29,983 bases of DNA from Polynucleobacter meluiroseus (GCA_943323725.2 CALPIW020000001.1:1-29983); one strand, 5' to 3'; shown: positions 8,760 through 19,258, counted from the first letter of the stretch. Made by a program: numbers and translations. Notes: generated by a model from the letters alone, not told the origin.

Positions 8760-9338
8760 ATGGCCGAATTCACCATCCGCCCCTACGGCGACCCGGTCCT
8801 CCGGGCGGTGGGCGAGCCCGTGCGCGAATTCGGCGCGCCCCTCCGCACCCTCGGCGACGCGATGCTGCGCGCGATGAAGACCGCCAAGGGCATCGGCCTG
8901 GCCGCCCCGCAGGTGGGCCTTTCCTTGCAGCTCTTCGTGATGGACGTGCATGACGAGGATTTCGCGCCCGTGCTCGACGGCAAGGAGCGCAGACCCGAGG
9001 ACATCATGCCGATGCTGCTGGCCAACGCGACGGTGTCCGTCCCCGCGGGCGAGCCGGACACCTACACCGAAGGCTGCCTTTCGTTCCCGGGCGTCACGGG
9101 CGACGTCGAGCGCGTGGAACGCGCGATCGTGCGCTACCGCGACGCCGACGGCGCGCCCCACGTCCTCGAGTGCGCCGGCCTGCTCGCGCGCTGCGTGCAG
9201 CACGAACATGACCACTGCCAGGGCGTGCTCTTCATCGACCGGATGACGCGCGCCCACCAGCTGCTGACCGCCGCGAAAGTGAAGAAGCTCAAGCGTGCGA
9301 CGACCGCCGAGATGAAGGCGGCGCGCAAGCAGGCCTGA
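8760..9338 (+). CDS. def: Peptide deformylase
   Basis: GIGLAAPQVG, EGCLSFPG, QHEHDHCQG motifs. Confidence 0.96.
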   Translation: MAEFTIRPYGDPVLRAVGEPVREFGAPLRTLGDAMLRAMKTAKGIGLAAPQVGLSLQLFVMDVHDEDFAPVLDGKERRPEDIMPMLLANATVSVPAGEPDTYTEGCLSFPGVTGDVERVERAIVRYRDADGAPHVLECAGLLARCVQHEHDHCQGVLFIDRMTRAHQLLTAAKVKKLKRATTAEMKAARKQA

Positions 9339-10529
9339 TCACTTCACGCCGGGAGCACCGACGCGGAGCGTGAGCGGACCGACGGCCACCGCGGCGCCGC
9401 CGGCGGGAATGCCTTGGACGGTGAAAGCGGTGACGGCGACCGTGGGGCTGGCGGGGCTGGTCGCCGGCGCTTCGACCGCGGTCGCGCGCCACTTGGCGCC
9501 GACGACGCCGCCGGCCGGACCACCGCCGGCGACGATCGCGACGTAGGGGTCGCCCGCGACGGACAGCTTGCTCTGCGTCAGGCAAAGATGGGTCAGCAGG
9601 GCCGAGCCCACGGGATGGCTGTCGCGCTCGAAACCGAAAGTCCATTCGCCGCTCTGCGTGAGGCGCGGGATGAAACTGCGCTCATCGCGCAAGGCGACGG
9701 TGCCGACGACCGGCGTGGCGCCGGTGTGGGTCAGGACGAGCTCGGAAGCGATGATGCGGAAGGAATGGGCGTCAGCGAGACGCAGGAAAAGCAGGGTCTG
9801 CGCGCCATCGGCGCCGACGACGTACTGCTCGGCCCAGAGCACGGCGAGCTGCTTGGGCGCGGTCGCGGGCTTGAGTCCCTTGGACAAGGCGGGCGCGGCC
9901 GGCGCGACGGCGGGCACGTAAGCATAGCCTTCGGCCGGGACGGCGGCCAAGGCGACGCCGGTGCGACGCGACCAGGCGGCGCGGAGGTCGGAGGTGAGTT
10001 CGGCGGGACGTTCGAGGCCGGCGGCACTGACGCGCAGGGAGCCGATGAGATGGGCGGAGGGGTAACCGAGGTCGACGGCCTGCTTGTGCAGACGGCCGAC
10101 GGCGGCGTCGAGGGCGGCGGGCGGCGCGGCGGCGGTGATCTCGAAAGTGAAATCGACCGGCTTCATCTTCTCGGCCACGCGCTGGGCCGCGGCCAGACGG
10201 AGGCGAGCCAGGGAAGGCGCAGCCTGCTGGACCTGCACGTTACCTTCATCGATGATCTTCTGGGCCCGGATCTTGATCTGCTCCGGCGTCTCGGTGAGTC
10301 CGCCGGTCTTCGCACCCTTGGTCGCAGCGGCCGCCGCGATGCTGGTGTCCATGATGCTCTGACCCTGTTTGATGCGCGTCTGACCTAAGGTGGTGATGCG
10401 CATGGCGTTATGCCATTCGGCGAGCTCCGCCGGCTTCAGCTGACGCACGACTTCGACGTCGGTGACGGCGGGCGGGGCGACCGGCTCGCCTGCGGCGAGC
10501 ATCAGGAAGGAGGCGAAGAGCGCGAACAT
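9339..10529 (-). CDS. Exported hypothetical protein
   Basis: Signal-peptide-like N-terminus, helical N-domain; LFLRLADAHSFRIIASE loosely resembles CsgG/FlgO-type strands; GC3-rich codons on this strand. Confidence 0.6.
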   Translation of the reverse strand: MFALFASFLMLAAGEPVAPPAVTDVEVVRQLKPAELAEWHNAMRITTLGQTRIKQGQSIMDTSIAAAAATKGAKTGGLTETPEQIKIRAQKIIDEGNVQVQQAAPSLARLRLAAAQRVAEKMKPVDFTFEITAAAPPAALDAAVGRLHKQAVDLGYPSAHLIGSLRVSAAGLERPAELTSDLRAAWSRRTGVALAAVPAEGYAYVPAVAPAAPALSKGLKPATAPKQLAVLWAEQYVVGADGAQTLLFLRLADAHSFRIIASELVLTHTGATPVVGTVALRDERSFIPRLTQSGEWTFGFERDSHPVGSALLTHLCLTQSKLSVAGDPYVAIVAGGGPAGGVVGAKWRATAVEAPATSPASPTVAVTAFTVQGIPAGGAAVAVGPLTLRVGAPGVK

Positions 10530-10534
10530 GGGGT

Positions 10535-10822
10535 TTAGGATTCGTCGAATTTACGGGCGAAGAGGGCTTCCATCTCAGTCAGGAGGGCGGCGGAGTCCTT
10601 GCCCTTGGCGGAGAAGCGCAGCTTCGAGCCCAGGCCGGCGGCCAGCATCATGAGGCCCATGATGCTCTTGCCGTTCACCGATTCATCGTCCTTGGAGACG
10701 GTGATCTCGACGTCCGGGTAGCGGTTAGCCAGCCGGACGATCTGGGCGGCCGGACGGGTGTGGATCCCCATGCGGTTCTGGACGGTGAATTCGCGGGCCG
10801 AAGCCTCGTGGGTTTCTTCCAT
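10535..10822 (-). CDS. ptsH: Phosphocarrier protein HPr
   Basis: Start moved to ATG 10822 (95 aa); GIHTRPAA (His15) and VNGKSIMGLMML (Ser46) signatures. Confidence 0.93.
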   Translation of the reverse strand: MEETHEASAREFTVQNRMGIHTRPAAQIVRLANRYPDVEITVSKDDESVNGKSIMGLMMLAAGLGSKLRFSAKGKDSAALLTEMEALFARKFDES

Positions 10823-10882
10823 AGATAAAGAGGGCCTGAGAGAGGACTCACAGGATAGGCCAAGGGGGAGGCCCCCCGCAAG

Positions 10883-10906
10883 TCGGGTCAAGGCAAATTG
10901 ACCCGA
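10883..10906. promoter_or_regulatory. Inverted repeat between ptsH and pdhA (candidate operator)
   Basis: TCGGGTCAA-GGCAAA-TTGACCCGA, perfect 9-bp arms with a 6-nt spacer. Confidence 0.45.
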
Positions 10907-10965
10907 TGGGAGGGGACGCTTGACCTTCCTCGCCAGACCCCTCCAATCCAACCAAACGAACTACC

Positions 10966-12072
10966 GTGGCCAAGCCCGCTGTCCTTACCCACCCCGAATC
11001 CCTGAAGCGCCCCGCCGGGCCTTCCGAATACGCCAAGGATCCGGTCAACGCCTCGATGTCCAAGGCCGAGAAAATCGCCCTTTACACGAAAATGGCCCGT
11101 ATCCGCCATTTCGAGCAGCGCTGCATCCGTATCTACCAGCAGGGCAAGATCGGGGGATTCCTCCACCTTTACGTCGGCCAGGAGGCCGTCGCCGCCGGGA
11201 CGATCTCCCTGCTGGGCAAACACGACCATATCATCACGGGCTACCGCGACCACGGCCACGGCCTGATGGTCGGCATGGGCATGAACGAGTGCATGGCCGA
11301 ACTGACCGGCCGCGTCACCGGCTGCTCCCAGGGCAAAGGCGGTTCGATGCACTATTTCGCCCCCGATAAGAACTACTGGGGTGGCCACGGCATCGTCGGC
11401 GGCCAAGCCCCGCTCGGCACCGGCCTCGCCTACGCCGTCAAATACATGGGCCTGAAGGGCAGCTGCCTCGCCTACATGGGCGACGGCGCCGTCAACCAGG
11501 GCGCGGTCCATGAAGCCTACAACTTGGCGGCCCTCTGGGACCTGCCGATGATCTTCGTCATCGAGAACAACGGCTACTCCATGGGCACCTCCCAGGAGCG
11601 CTCGACCGCCCACCCGGGCTGCCTCGCCAAGCGCGCCGAAGGCTACGGCATGGCCTGGGACGTCATCAACGGCCACGACGTCTACGAAGTCCGCGCCAAG
11701 ACCGCGATCGCCCTCAAGCGCGCCCACGAAGAATCCAAGCCGACCGTCCTCGAGATCTTCACCTACCGTTACTTCGGCCACTCCATGGCCGACCCGGACA
11801 AGACCTACCGCGACAAGGAGGAGATCAAGGAATACCGCGAGAAGAAGGACCCGGTCCTCGCCTTCGAACAGGAACTCCTGCGCGAGAAGGTCCTCACCGC
11901 CGAGCTTTCCCAGCAGATCAACGACGCCGCGATGGCCGAGGCCGACAAGGCCGCCGTCTTCGCCGACGAGTCGCCGGACCCCACCGTCGCCGACATCACC
12001 AAGCACATCTACTGGGAAGAGGACAACCGCGGTCCGGACACGACCAGCCGCGGCACCATCATCTTCGAATAA
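10966..12072 (+). CDS. pdhA: Pyruvate dehydrogenase E1 alpha subunit
   Basis: GKIGGFLHLYVGQEAV, YRDHGH, GKGGSMH, TPP motif GDGAVNQG...ENN, TYRYFGHSMADP; GTG start. Confidence 0.96.
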   Translation: MAKPAVLTHPESLKRPAGPSEYAKDPVNASMSKAEKIALYTKMARIRHFEQRCIRIYQQGKIGGFLHLYVGQEAVAAGTISLLGKHDHIITGYRDHGHGLMVGMGMNECMAELTGRVTGCSQGKGGSMHYFAPDKNYWGGHGIVGGQAPLGTGLAYAVKYMGLKGSCLAYMGDGAVNQGAVHEAYNLAALWDLPMIFVIENNGYSMGTSQERSTAHPGCLAKRAEGYGMAWDVINGHDVYEVRAKTAIALKRAHEESKPTVLEIFTYRYFGHSMADPDKTYRDKEEIKEYREKKDPVLAFEQELLREKVLTAELSQQINDAAMAEADKAAVFADESPDPTVADITKHIYWEEDNRGPDTTSRGTIIFE

Positions 12073-12093
12073 TCCTTCTTCGCACACACTGTC

Positions 12094-13071
12094 ATGGCCG
12101 TCATTTCCTACCGCGAAGCGCTCCGCGCCGCGATGCGCGAAGAACTCAAGCGCGACGACAAGGTCGTCATCATGGGTGAAGAAGTCGCCCAGTTCAACGG
12201 CGCCTACAAGGTGACCGAAGGCCTCCTCAAGGAGTTCGGACCGAAGCGCGTCGTCGATACCCCGATCTCCGAAGCGGGCTTCATCGGCCTCGGCATCGGC
12301 GCCTCCATGCTCGGCATCCGCCCGGTGATGGAACTGATGTTCTGGTCCTTCTCGTACGTCGCGTTCGACCAGATCGTGAACAACGCCGGCAACATCCGCT
12401 ACATGTCCGGCGGCCTCATCAACTGCCCGATCGTCATCCGCGGTCCGGCCAACGGCGGCACCAACGTCGGCGCCACCCACTCCCACACGCCGGAGGCCAT
12501 CCTCGCCTCCCACCCGGGCATCAAGGTCGTCTGCCCGGCCACTCCGTACGACGCCAAGGGCCTGCTCAAGGCGGCCATCCGCGACAACGACCCGGTCTAC
12601 GTGATGGAGAACACCATCCTTTATAACGATAAGGGCGAAGTGCCGGACGAAGACTACATCGTGCCGCTCGGCGTCGCCGACGTGAAGCGCGTGGGCACCG
12701 ACCTCACGATCGTGGCCCACGGCCGCGCCGTCATCACGAGCCTCAAGGCCGCCGAGATCCTCGAGCAGGAACACGGCGTCAGCGTCGAGGTCGTCGACCT
12801 CCGCTCGATCCGCCCGCTCGACGAGGAGACCATCCTCGCCTCCGTCCGCAAGACGCACCGCGCCCTGCTGGTCGAAGAGAACAAGCCCTTCTGCGGCGTC
12901 GACGCCCAGGTGGCCTACCTCATCCAGTCGCGGGCGTTCGACGAGCTCGACGCCCCGATCCACCGCGTGTCCTCGATCGACGCCCCGCAGATCTACTGCA
13001 AGCGCATGGAAGACCAGCAGCTCCCCGACGTGAACCGCGTCGTCCGCGAAGCCCTCAAGGTCCTCGCCTAA
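12094..13071 (+). CDS. pdhB: Pyruvate dehydrogenase E1 beta subunit
   Basis: GEEVAQFNGAYKVT, DTPISEAGF, PIVIRGP, GATHSH, VDLRSIRPLD. Confidence 0.96.
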   Translation: MAVISYREALRAAMREELKRDDKVVIMGEEVAQFNGAYKVTEGLLKEFGPKRVVDTPISEAGFIGLGIGASMLGIRPVMELMFWSFSYVAFDQIVNNAGNIRYMSGGLINCPIVIRGPANGGTNVGATHSHTPEAILASHPGIKVVCPATPYDAKGLLKAAIRDNDPVYVMENTILYNDKGEVPDEDYIVPLGVADVKRVGTDLTIVAHGRAVITSLKAAEILEQEHGVSVEVVDLRSIRPLDEETILASVRKTHRALLVEENKPFCGVDAQVAYLIQSRAFDELDAPIHRVSSIDAPQIYCKRMEDQQLPDVNRVVREALKVLA

Positions 13072-13089
13072 TCCGCACTCTCAAATCCG

Positions 13090-14370
<1,281 letters not shown>

Positions 14371-14390
14371 GCGGAACGACCGCTCTGCCG

Positions 14391-14422
14391 AAACCCGGGC
14401 CCGCGAGGCGCCCGGGTTTTTT
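14391..14422 (+). terminator. Rho-independent terminator after pdhC (possibly bidirectional with the SDR gene)
   Basis: AAACCCGGGC...GCCCGGGTTT stem followed by a T-run, between convergent genes. Confidence 0.85.
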
Positions 14423-14431
14423 GTGCCCGCC

Positions 14432-15127
14432 TCAGAACGTGCGCACCGCCGACAGGCCGCCGTCCACGTGCAGTACCTGGCCGGTCATGAAGCGGGCGTG
14501 CCCGGAGAGGAGATGCGCGACGAGCGCGGCCATGTCCTCGGAGCGGCCGACCTGCTGCAGCGGGTGACGCTTCCCGGCGGCTTCCTTCTTGAGGTCGGAG
14601 TTCAGCAACGCGCCGGCGAGCGGCGTGTCGGTCAGCGAAGGCGCGATGACGTTCACGCGGATGGTCGGCGCCCATTCGGCGGCGAGGCTCCGGGCCAGCG
14701 CTTCGACGGCGCCCTTGGCGGCGGCGATGCTCGCGTGCATGGGCATGCCCTGCGCGACGGCGACGGTGGAGAAGAGCACGACGGACGCATTGCCCGAGGC
14801 CTTGAGCGCGGGAAGCGCCGACTGGAGCGCGGCGATGGCGCCGAAGAGGTTCACCTGCAGGTCGCGCTGGAAATCTTCCGGCGTGAGGCGATGGAACGGC
14901 TTGAGCGAGATGGAACCGGGGAAATACACGAGGCCGTCCAGGCGCTCGGGCCAGGCGAGCGGGCCGGGCGTGGCGGCGTCGAACGGTTGCGCCACGATCC
15001 CGAGGTCGGCGAGCTTCTCGGGCGAACGGCAGGCGGCATGGACCGTGTGTCCGTCGGACTGGAGCTGCGCGACGGTCGCGCGGCCGATGCCGGAGGTGCC
15101 GCCGATGATCGCGATGTGCTTGGACAT
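14432..15127 (-). CDS. Short-chain dehydrogenase/reductase
   Basis: IIGGTSGIG Rossmann motif; SIAAAKGAVE in place of the catalytic YxxxK (the Tyr appears replaced); IRVNVIAPSLTDT; GQVLHVDGG. Confidence 0.9.
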   Translation of the reverse strand: MSKHIAIIGGTSGIGRATVAQLQSDGHTVHAACRSPEKLADLGIVAQPFDAATPGPLAWPERLDGLVYFPGSISLKPFHRLTPEDFQRDLQVNLFGAIAALQSALPALKASGNASVVLFSTVAVAQGMPMHASIAAAKGAVEALARSLAAEWAPTIRVNVIAPSLTDTPLAGALLNSDLKKEAAGKRHPLQQVGRSEDMAALVAHLLSGHARFMTGQVLHVDGGLSAVRTF

Positions 15128-15186
15128 GACCGTAAGGTTGCGGGCCGACCCCGCAGGTCAAACGACCCGCGTCTTTTCCGGGCACG

Positions 15187-15214
15187 AAAAAGGCCGGAGG
15201 CGAACCTCCGGCCT
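15187..15214 (-). terminator. Rho-independent terminator after the ThuA-like gene
   Basis: Minus strand AGGCCGGAGG-TTCG-CCTCCGGCCT-TTTT. Confidence 0.88.
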
Positions 15215-15237
15215 GATGCGGGCGACCGGCGGGCCGC

Positions 15238-16203
15238 TTACTTCTTCTTGGGCGCCTTGCGCGGGACCTTCTTATCCTGGTTCGCCTTGAGTTCTTCTTC
15301 GGTGAACTTGGAGACGACGCCGGCGGCAGGGACTTCCGCCTTCGCGGTCCAGACGATCGCGTTGAGGACGAGCGTGCGCTGGCTGTCGTTGGCCCAGCCG
15401 GCGTGGTAATGGCCGCCGGTGAAGCCGAAGCCACGACCGCCGTCCTTGCGCTCGACCGCCCAGGCGACGACCGCGGGCTTCTTCTCTTCGAGGACGAGCT
15501 TCTTGACGTCGGGGTTGCCGGAGTGCGGTCCGTCGCCGCGGCTCATGGTCTCGGCGGGAGCGAGCGCGGACAGGACCGGAGTGACGCCTTCCATGCCGTC
15601 ACGGAAGCGCATGTTGAAGTACCACTCGTCGTTGGAGCCGAACGGCTTCACGCCACGGCTGGCCGGGTGATCAGGGATGACCTTGAAATCGGCGACCCAG
15701 TGGGGGTTCACGGACCAATGCTGCTCGAAGTAACCGCCGAGCCAGTCCTTGAACTCGAGGGCGCCCTTGCCCGTCGACGAACGACCGGCCGGAGGCGGGC
15801 TCACGGGCTTACCGTCGGCGCTCAGCCAGCCGGCGCGCTCGTAGGCGGGCTCGACGGCGTAATGGAGACAGACGAAGCCGGTGCCGCTCGCCATCTTCTT
15901 GGCGAGCTGGTCGAGGTGCGGGAGCGCCGGGTGGCCGTTGCCGCCGTCGGAATAGATCACGATCGTGTCGGCCTTGGCGACGCGCTCGTCGGACGGCCAT
16001 TCGCCGTTGAGGGCGACGTCCACGTTGACGAGGTCGGCGGCCCCCTGCTTCAGGCCGGAAGCCAGGAGCTGGATGCCGGCGTTGTGCTCGTGTTCGCCGG
16101 ACGGATGACTCGGCTTACCGGCGATGAGGAGGACGTTCTTCTTGTCCGCGGCCGAGACGAACGCGGCCGAGAGCAGGAGGAGGCTGAGGAAGGATTTTTT
16201 CAT
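15238..16203 (-). CDS. ThuA-like (trehalose utilization / GATase-like) domain protein, exported
   Basis: Signal peptide; VLLIAGKPSH...HEH, LHYAV, DEWYFNMRF, GRGFGFTGGHYH. Confidence 0.82.
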   Translation of the reverse strand: MKKSFLSLLLLSAAFVSAADKKNVLLIAGKPSHPSGEHEHNAGIQLLASGLKQGAADLVNVDVALNGEWPSDERVAKADTIVIYSDGGNGHPALPHLDQLAKKMASGTGFVCLHYAVEPAYERAGWLSADGKPVSPPPAGRSSTGKGALEFKDWLGGYFEQHWSVNPHWVADFKVIPDHPASRGVKPFGSNDEWYFNMRFRDGMEGVTPVLSALAPAETMSRGDGPHSGNPDVKKLVLEEKKPAVVAWAVERKDGGRGFGFTGGHYHAGWANDSQRTLVLNAIVWTAKAEVPAAGVVSKFTEEELKANQDKKVPRKAPKKK

Positions 16204-16209
16204 GATGAG

Positions 16210-16902
16210 TTATTTGATTTCCTTGAGGACGAGGTCCTTGAACTGGACGACCATGGGCGGTCCGGCGTGGAGCTGGAGGGCGAGCAGGCCCTTTCTGGCG
16301 CCGACCGCGGTCTCGTCGGTGACGTCGACGGTCTGGACGCCGTTGATGAAGTGCCGCAGGTGGCCGCCCTTGGCGACGACGCGGTATTCGTTCCACGCCT
16401 CGGCGTTGATCTTGGCCTGGATCTCCTCGGTCTTGCCGAGGGAGCCGGTGACTTCGATGTTGGGCTTCTTGGGGTCCTTGGGGTTGGCGCCTTCCTTGAT
16501 GACGACCTTCTGGCTGCGCTCGGCGAGGATGCCTCGCCCCTTCTCTTCGTAGAGGATGCCGGAGAATTTCTTGCCGGCCTCGAAGTCGCCCTGGTAGCCG
16601 GAGATCACGAAGCCCTTCGCGTCGACGAGCTTGCTGCGGTACTGGACGCCGGAGTTGCCGCCGACGATCTTGTACTGGAAGGTAAGCTCGAAGTCGGCGA
16701 CTTCGCCTTCCCAGACGAGGAAGGTGTTGCCCTTGGTGGGCTTCTCCTTGGTCGTGCGGCCGGTGATGGCGCCGTCTTCGACGGACCAGAAATCCAGGCC
16801 CTTCCAGCCCGTGAGATCCTTGCCGTTGAAGAGGTTCTTGTCCTCGGCGGAGACCGACGCGCAGAGCGCGGCGAGGGCGAGGAAGGGGGCGAGCAGCTTC
16901 AT
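16210..16902 (-). CDS. DUF1080 / 3-keto-disaccharide hydrolase family protein, exported
   Basis: LFNGKDLTGW, DFELTFQYK...NSGVQYR, GYQGD, WNEYRV, G-x-I/L-A-L-Q-x-H, FKD motifs. Confidence 0.9.
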   Translation of the reverse strand: MKLLAPFLALAALCASVSAEDKNLFNGKDLTGWKGLDFWSVEDGAITGRTTKEKPTKGNTFLVWEGEVADFELTFQYKIVGGNSGVQYRSKLVDAKGFVISGYQGDFEAGKKFSGILYEEKGRGILAERSQKVVIKEGANPKDPKKPNIEVTGSLGKTEEIQAKINAEAWNEYRVVAKGGHLRHFINGVQTVDVTDETAVGARKGLLALQLHAGPPMVVQFKDLVLKEIK

Positions 16903-16920
16903 GGTCAGGTCAGCCGGAGG

Positions 16921-17775
16921 TTACTTCTTGCGACCGAAGAAGCGGTGCAGGTTCTTGAGGCCCTTCACGGCGATGTCGTCGCGGCGGGGCTCCATGGCGC
17001 GCCAGATGGCGGCGGCGCGGGCGATCACCTTGACGTCGGTGGTGAAGGATTCGATGACGACCTCCTGCTGGTAGCCGATCTTCTTCAGGGCGGCGACGAT
17101 GGGCTTCCAGTCGAGCGAGTCGTTGCCCGGGGTGCCGCGGTCGGTGCCGCAGGCGTGGAAGTGGCCGAGGTGCTTGCCGGCCTTGAGGATGGCCGCGGCC
17201 TGGTTCTTCTCCTCGATGTTCATGTGGAACGTGTCGAGGTGGAGCTTCACGTTCGGAAGGTTGATGGCCTTGACGAGGCGCAGGCCCTGGTCGCAGGTGT
17301 TGAGGAAGTCGGTCTCGAAGCGGTTCAGCGGCTCGATGTCGAGTTCGACGCCCTTCTTCTGGGCGTGCTTGCCGAGGAGCTTGAGGTTCTTGACGACGAG
17401 CTTGAAGTGCTTGGCCTTGGTCTTGTCGTCATGGGCGCCGATGAGGCCGACGACGGAGTAGAGCGGGCCGATGAGGCGCGGGCAGCCCATCTCGGCGGCC
17501 TGGTCGATCAGGGCCATGATGTACTTGCGGCCGTTGGCCTGGTCCTTGGCGGAACCGCGGAGGTCGCGGCCCGGGCCCATGGCGGCGCAGATGGAGCCGA
17601 TGGCGATGCCGGCCTTGGCGGCGGCGGCCTTGAGGAACTTCGGGTCGACGTGCGAAGGATCCTCGATCGGGATTTCGACGGAATCGAAGCCCCAGTTCTT
17701 GAGCTTCTTGAAGAGATACACGCTCTCGTTGGTGAACGGAGAGGCGTAGAGGAACGTATTGAGGCCGAAACGCAT
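16921..17775 (-). CDS. Sugar epimerase, D-tagatose/D-psicose 3-epimerase-like TIM barrel
   Basis: IEPLNRFET, LDTFHMNIEE, HFHAC...DRGTPG, VIESF metal/catalytic motifs. Confidence 0.88.
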   Translation of the reverse strand: MRFGLNTFLYASPFTNESVYLFKKLKNWGFDSVEIPIEDPSHVDPKFLKAAAAKAGIAIGSICAAMGPGRDLRGSAKDQANGRKYIMALIDQAAEMGCPRLIGPLYSVVGLIGAHDDKTKAKHFKLVVKNLKLLGKHAQKKGVELDIEPLNRFETDFLNTCDQGLRLVKAINLPNVKLHLDTFHMNIEEKNQAAAILKAGKHLGHFHACGTDRGTPGNDSLDWKPIVAALKKIGYQQEVVIESFTTDVKVIARAAAIWRAMEPRRDDIAVKGLKNLHRFFGRKK

Positions 17776-17803
17776 GGTGGTGTGGGTGGTGGGGGAGGTG
17801 CGG

Positions 17804-17832
17804 AGTTTCAGAGGGGGTCAGGGGGCGGTCAA
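17804..17832 (-). promoter_or_regulatory. Putative promoter of the epimerase-DUF1080-ThuA operon
   Basis: TTGACC-N17-GAAACT, 28 nt upstream of ATG 17775. Confidence 0.5.
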
Positions 17833-17855
17833 GGCTGGGCGACGGGTCGGGGCTC

Positions 17856-19145
17856 TCAGGGGACGAGTTCGCCGAGGAGGAGCAGTCCGCCGGGGTGGAA
17901 TTCGAGGGGCGCGAAGCGCTCGGGCTTATCGATCTTGTTCTTGTTCTTCGCCAGGACGGCGGCCTTGTCGATCGGATCGGCCAGGAGTTCCAGCCGGACG
18001 CTGTGCACGCCCTCGGGGAGGTCGGTGCCGACGATGAACGTGCTCAGGCGCGGGTAGGTGCCATAGGCGTCGATGCGCTGGACGACGAACGGCTTGCCGC
18101 CGTCGAGCGTGACGGCGACCTTCCCGCCGGCCGGGCCGACGACGTCGTAGACGGCGCAGTGGGTGCCCTGGAACCTGAACTCGAGGCTCTGGCCGGGCCG
18201 GGTCAGCCTGACCATGGCCGGCAGACGCTTCGCCCCGACCTTGGCGTGGGCATCGGTCGCCGGATCCGCCGACGCGACGCCGGCGGAGAGCTTGGCCGCG
18301 GTGATCGGCGCGAGCTTCGCCCGCTCCCAGTTCGCCGGATCGAGGGCGGGGCCGCTCACGTGCGCGGTGGGCGTGGCGTTGGCGATCGCGAGGGCCGGCA
18401 GCGAGCGGACGATGGCCTGGGTGTAAAGGACGTGGCCGGTGGACTCATGCGGGTGCGTGCTATCCGGCGCGAAGACGAACCGATCGGCGAGCGCGGCCCG
18501 CTCGTCGGCGGTCTTCGGGAGCTTCGCGCGCCAGAGGAGCTTGCCCGCCTTGGCGAGCTTGGCGACCTCCATGCCGAGGGTGATCGAGGGGATGCCGTAA
18601 TGGTCGGCGACTTTCTCCATCGCGCTCGCGGAACGCTGCAGCTTGCCCTCGAGCATCGGCGGCGAAAGCGCTTCGGTGATCGTATAGACGAAGCAGATGT
18701 CGGTGCTGGGGTTGGCCTTCCAGGTCTGGCGGACGATGCCTTCCATCGCGCGGATGATGCGCTGCGGATCGGCGCCGCCGTCGTTCACGGCGAACTCGAC
18801 GAAGAGGAGGTCCGGCCCTTTCGAGAGGACGTCCTGCTGCACGCGGAACACGCCGAGGTCCGAACCGGTGCCACCGATGGCGGCGTTGATCTCGGTGAAG
18901 CTGGCCTGCGGGCAGGCCTGCCTGAAATGGGCGAGGGTCTGCACGCGCCAGCCGTTCTGGGCGGTGATCGAGCCGCCGAGATAACCGATCTTGATCTCCG
19001 CGCCGGTCGTCTGGGCCTTGCGGAAGAAATTCGGGAGCCCGCCGCGCGGCGTGACCTCCCGGGCTTCGACGAGCGGGAAATCCTTGCCGGCGGCCTGGCC
19101 GAGGACGGCGGCGCACAGCGCCAAGGCGGAGAAGAGCAGTCTCAT
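17856..19145 (-). CDS. SGNH/GDSL hydrolase, exported, with C-terminal beta-sandwich
   Basis: YLGGSIT (block I), AIGGTGS, VEFAVND (block III), DSTHP (block V). Confidence 0.88.
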   Translation of the reverse strand: MRLLFSALALCAAVLGQAAGKDFPLVEAREVTPRGGLPNFFRKAQTTGAEIKIGYLGGSITAQNGWRVQTLAHFRQACPQASFTEINAAIGGTGSDLGVFRVQQDVLSKGPDLLFVEFAVNDGGADPQRIIRAMEGIVRQTWKANPSTDICFVYTITEALSPPMLEGKLQRSASAMEKVADHYGIPSITLGMEVAKLAKAGKLLWRAKLPKTADERAALADRFVFAPDSTHPHESTGHVLYTQAIVRSLPALAIANATPTAHVSGPALDPANWERAKLAPITAAKLSAGVASADPATDAHAKVGAKRLPAMVRLTRPGQSLEFRFQGTHCAVYDVVGPAGGKVAVTLDGGKPFVVQRIDAYGTYPRLSTFIVGTDLPEGVHSVRLELLADPIDKAAVLAKNKNKIDKPERFAPLEFHPGGLLLLGELVP

Positions 19146-19258
19146 GGGGTGCGGGATTAGACGATGGGGAAGCCCGCAAGTTCCAGCCTATTGACGATCC
19201 GGACCGGAAAATCGAAAGTCCGCCTTCCTTCCGGAGCCGAGGCCCGTAAGTTCGACGC

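Noticed and set aside
19146-19258. SOS box upstream of the YdjM-family gene (family is LexA-regulated in E. coli)
   Set aside because: Neither GAAC-N4-GTTC nor TGTTC-N4-GAACA is present.
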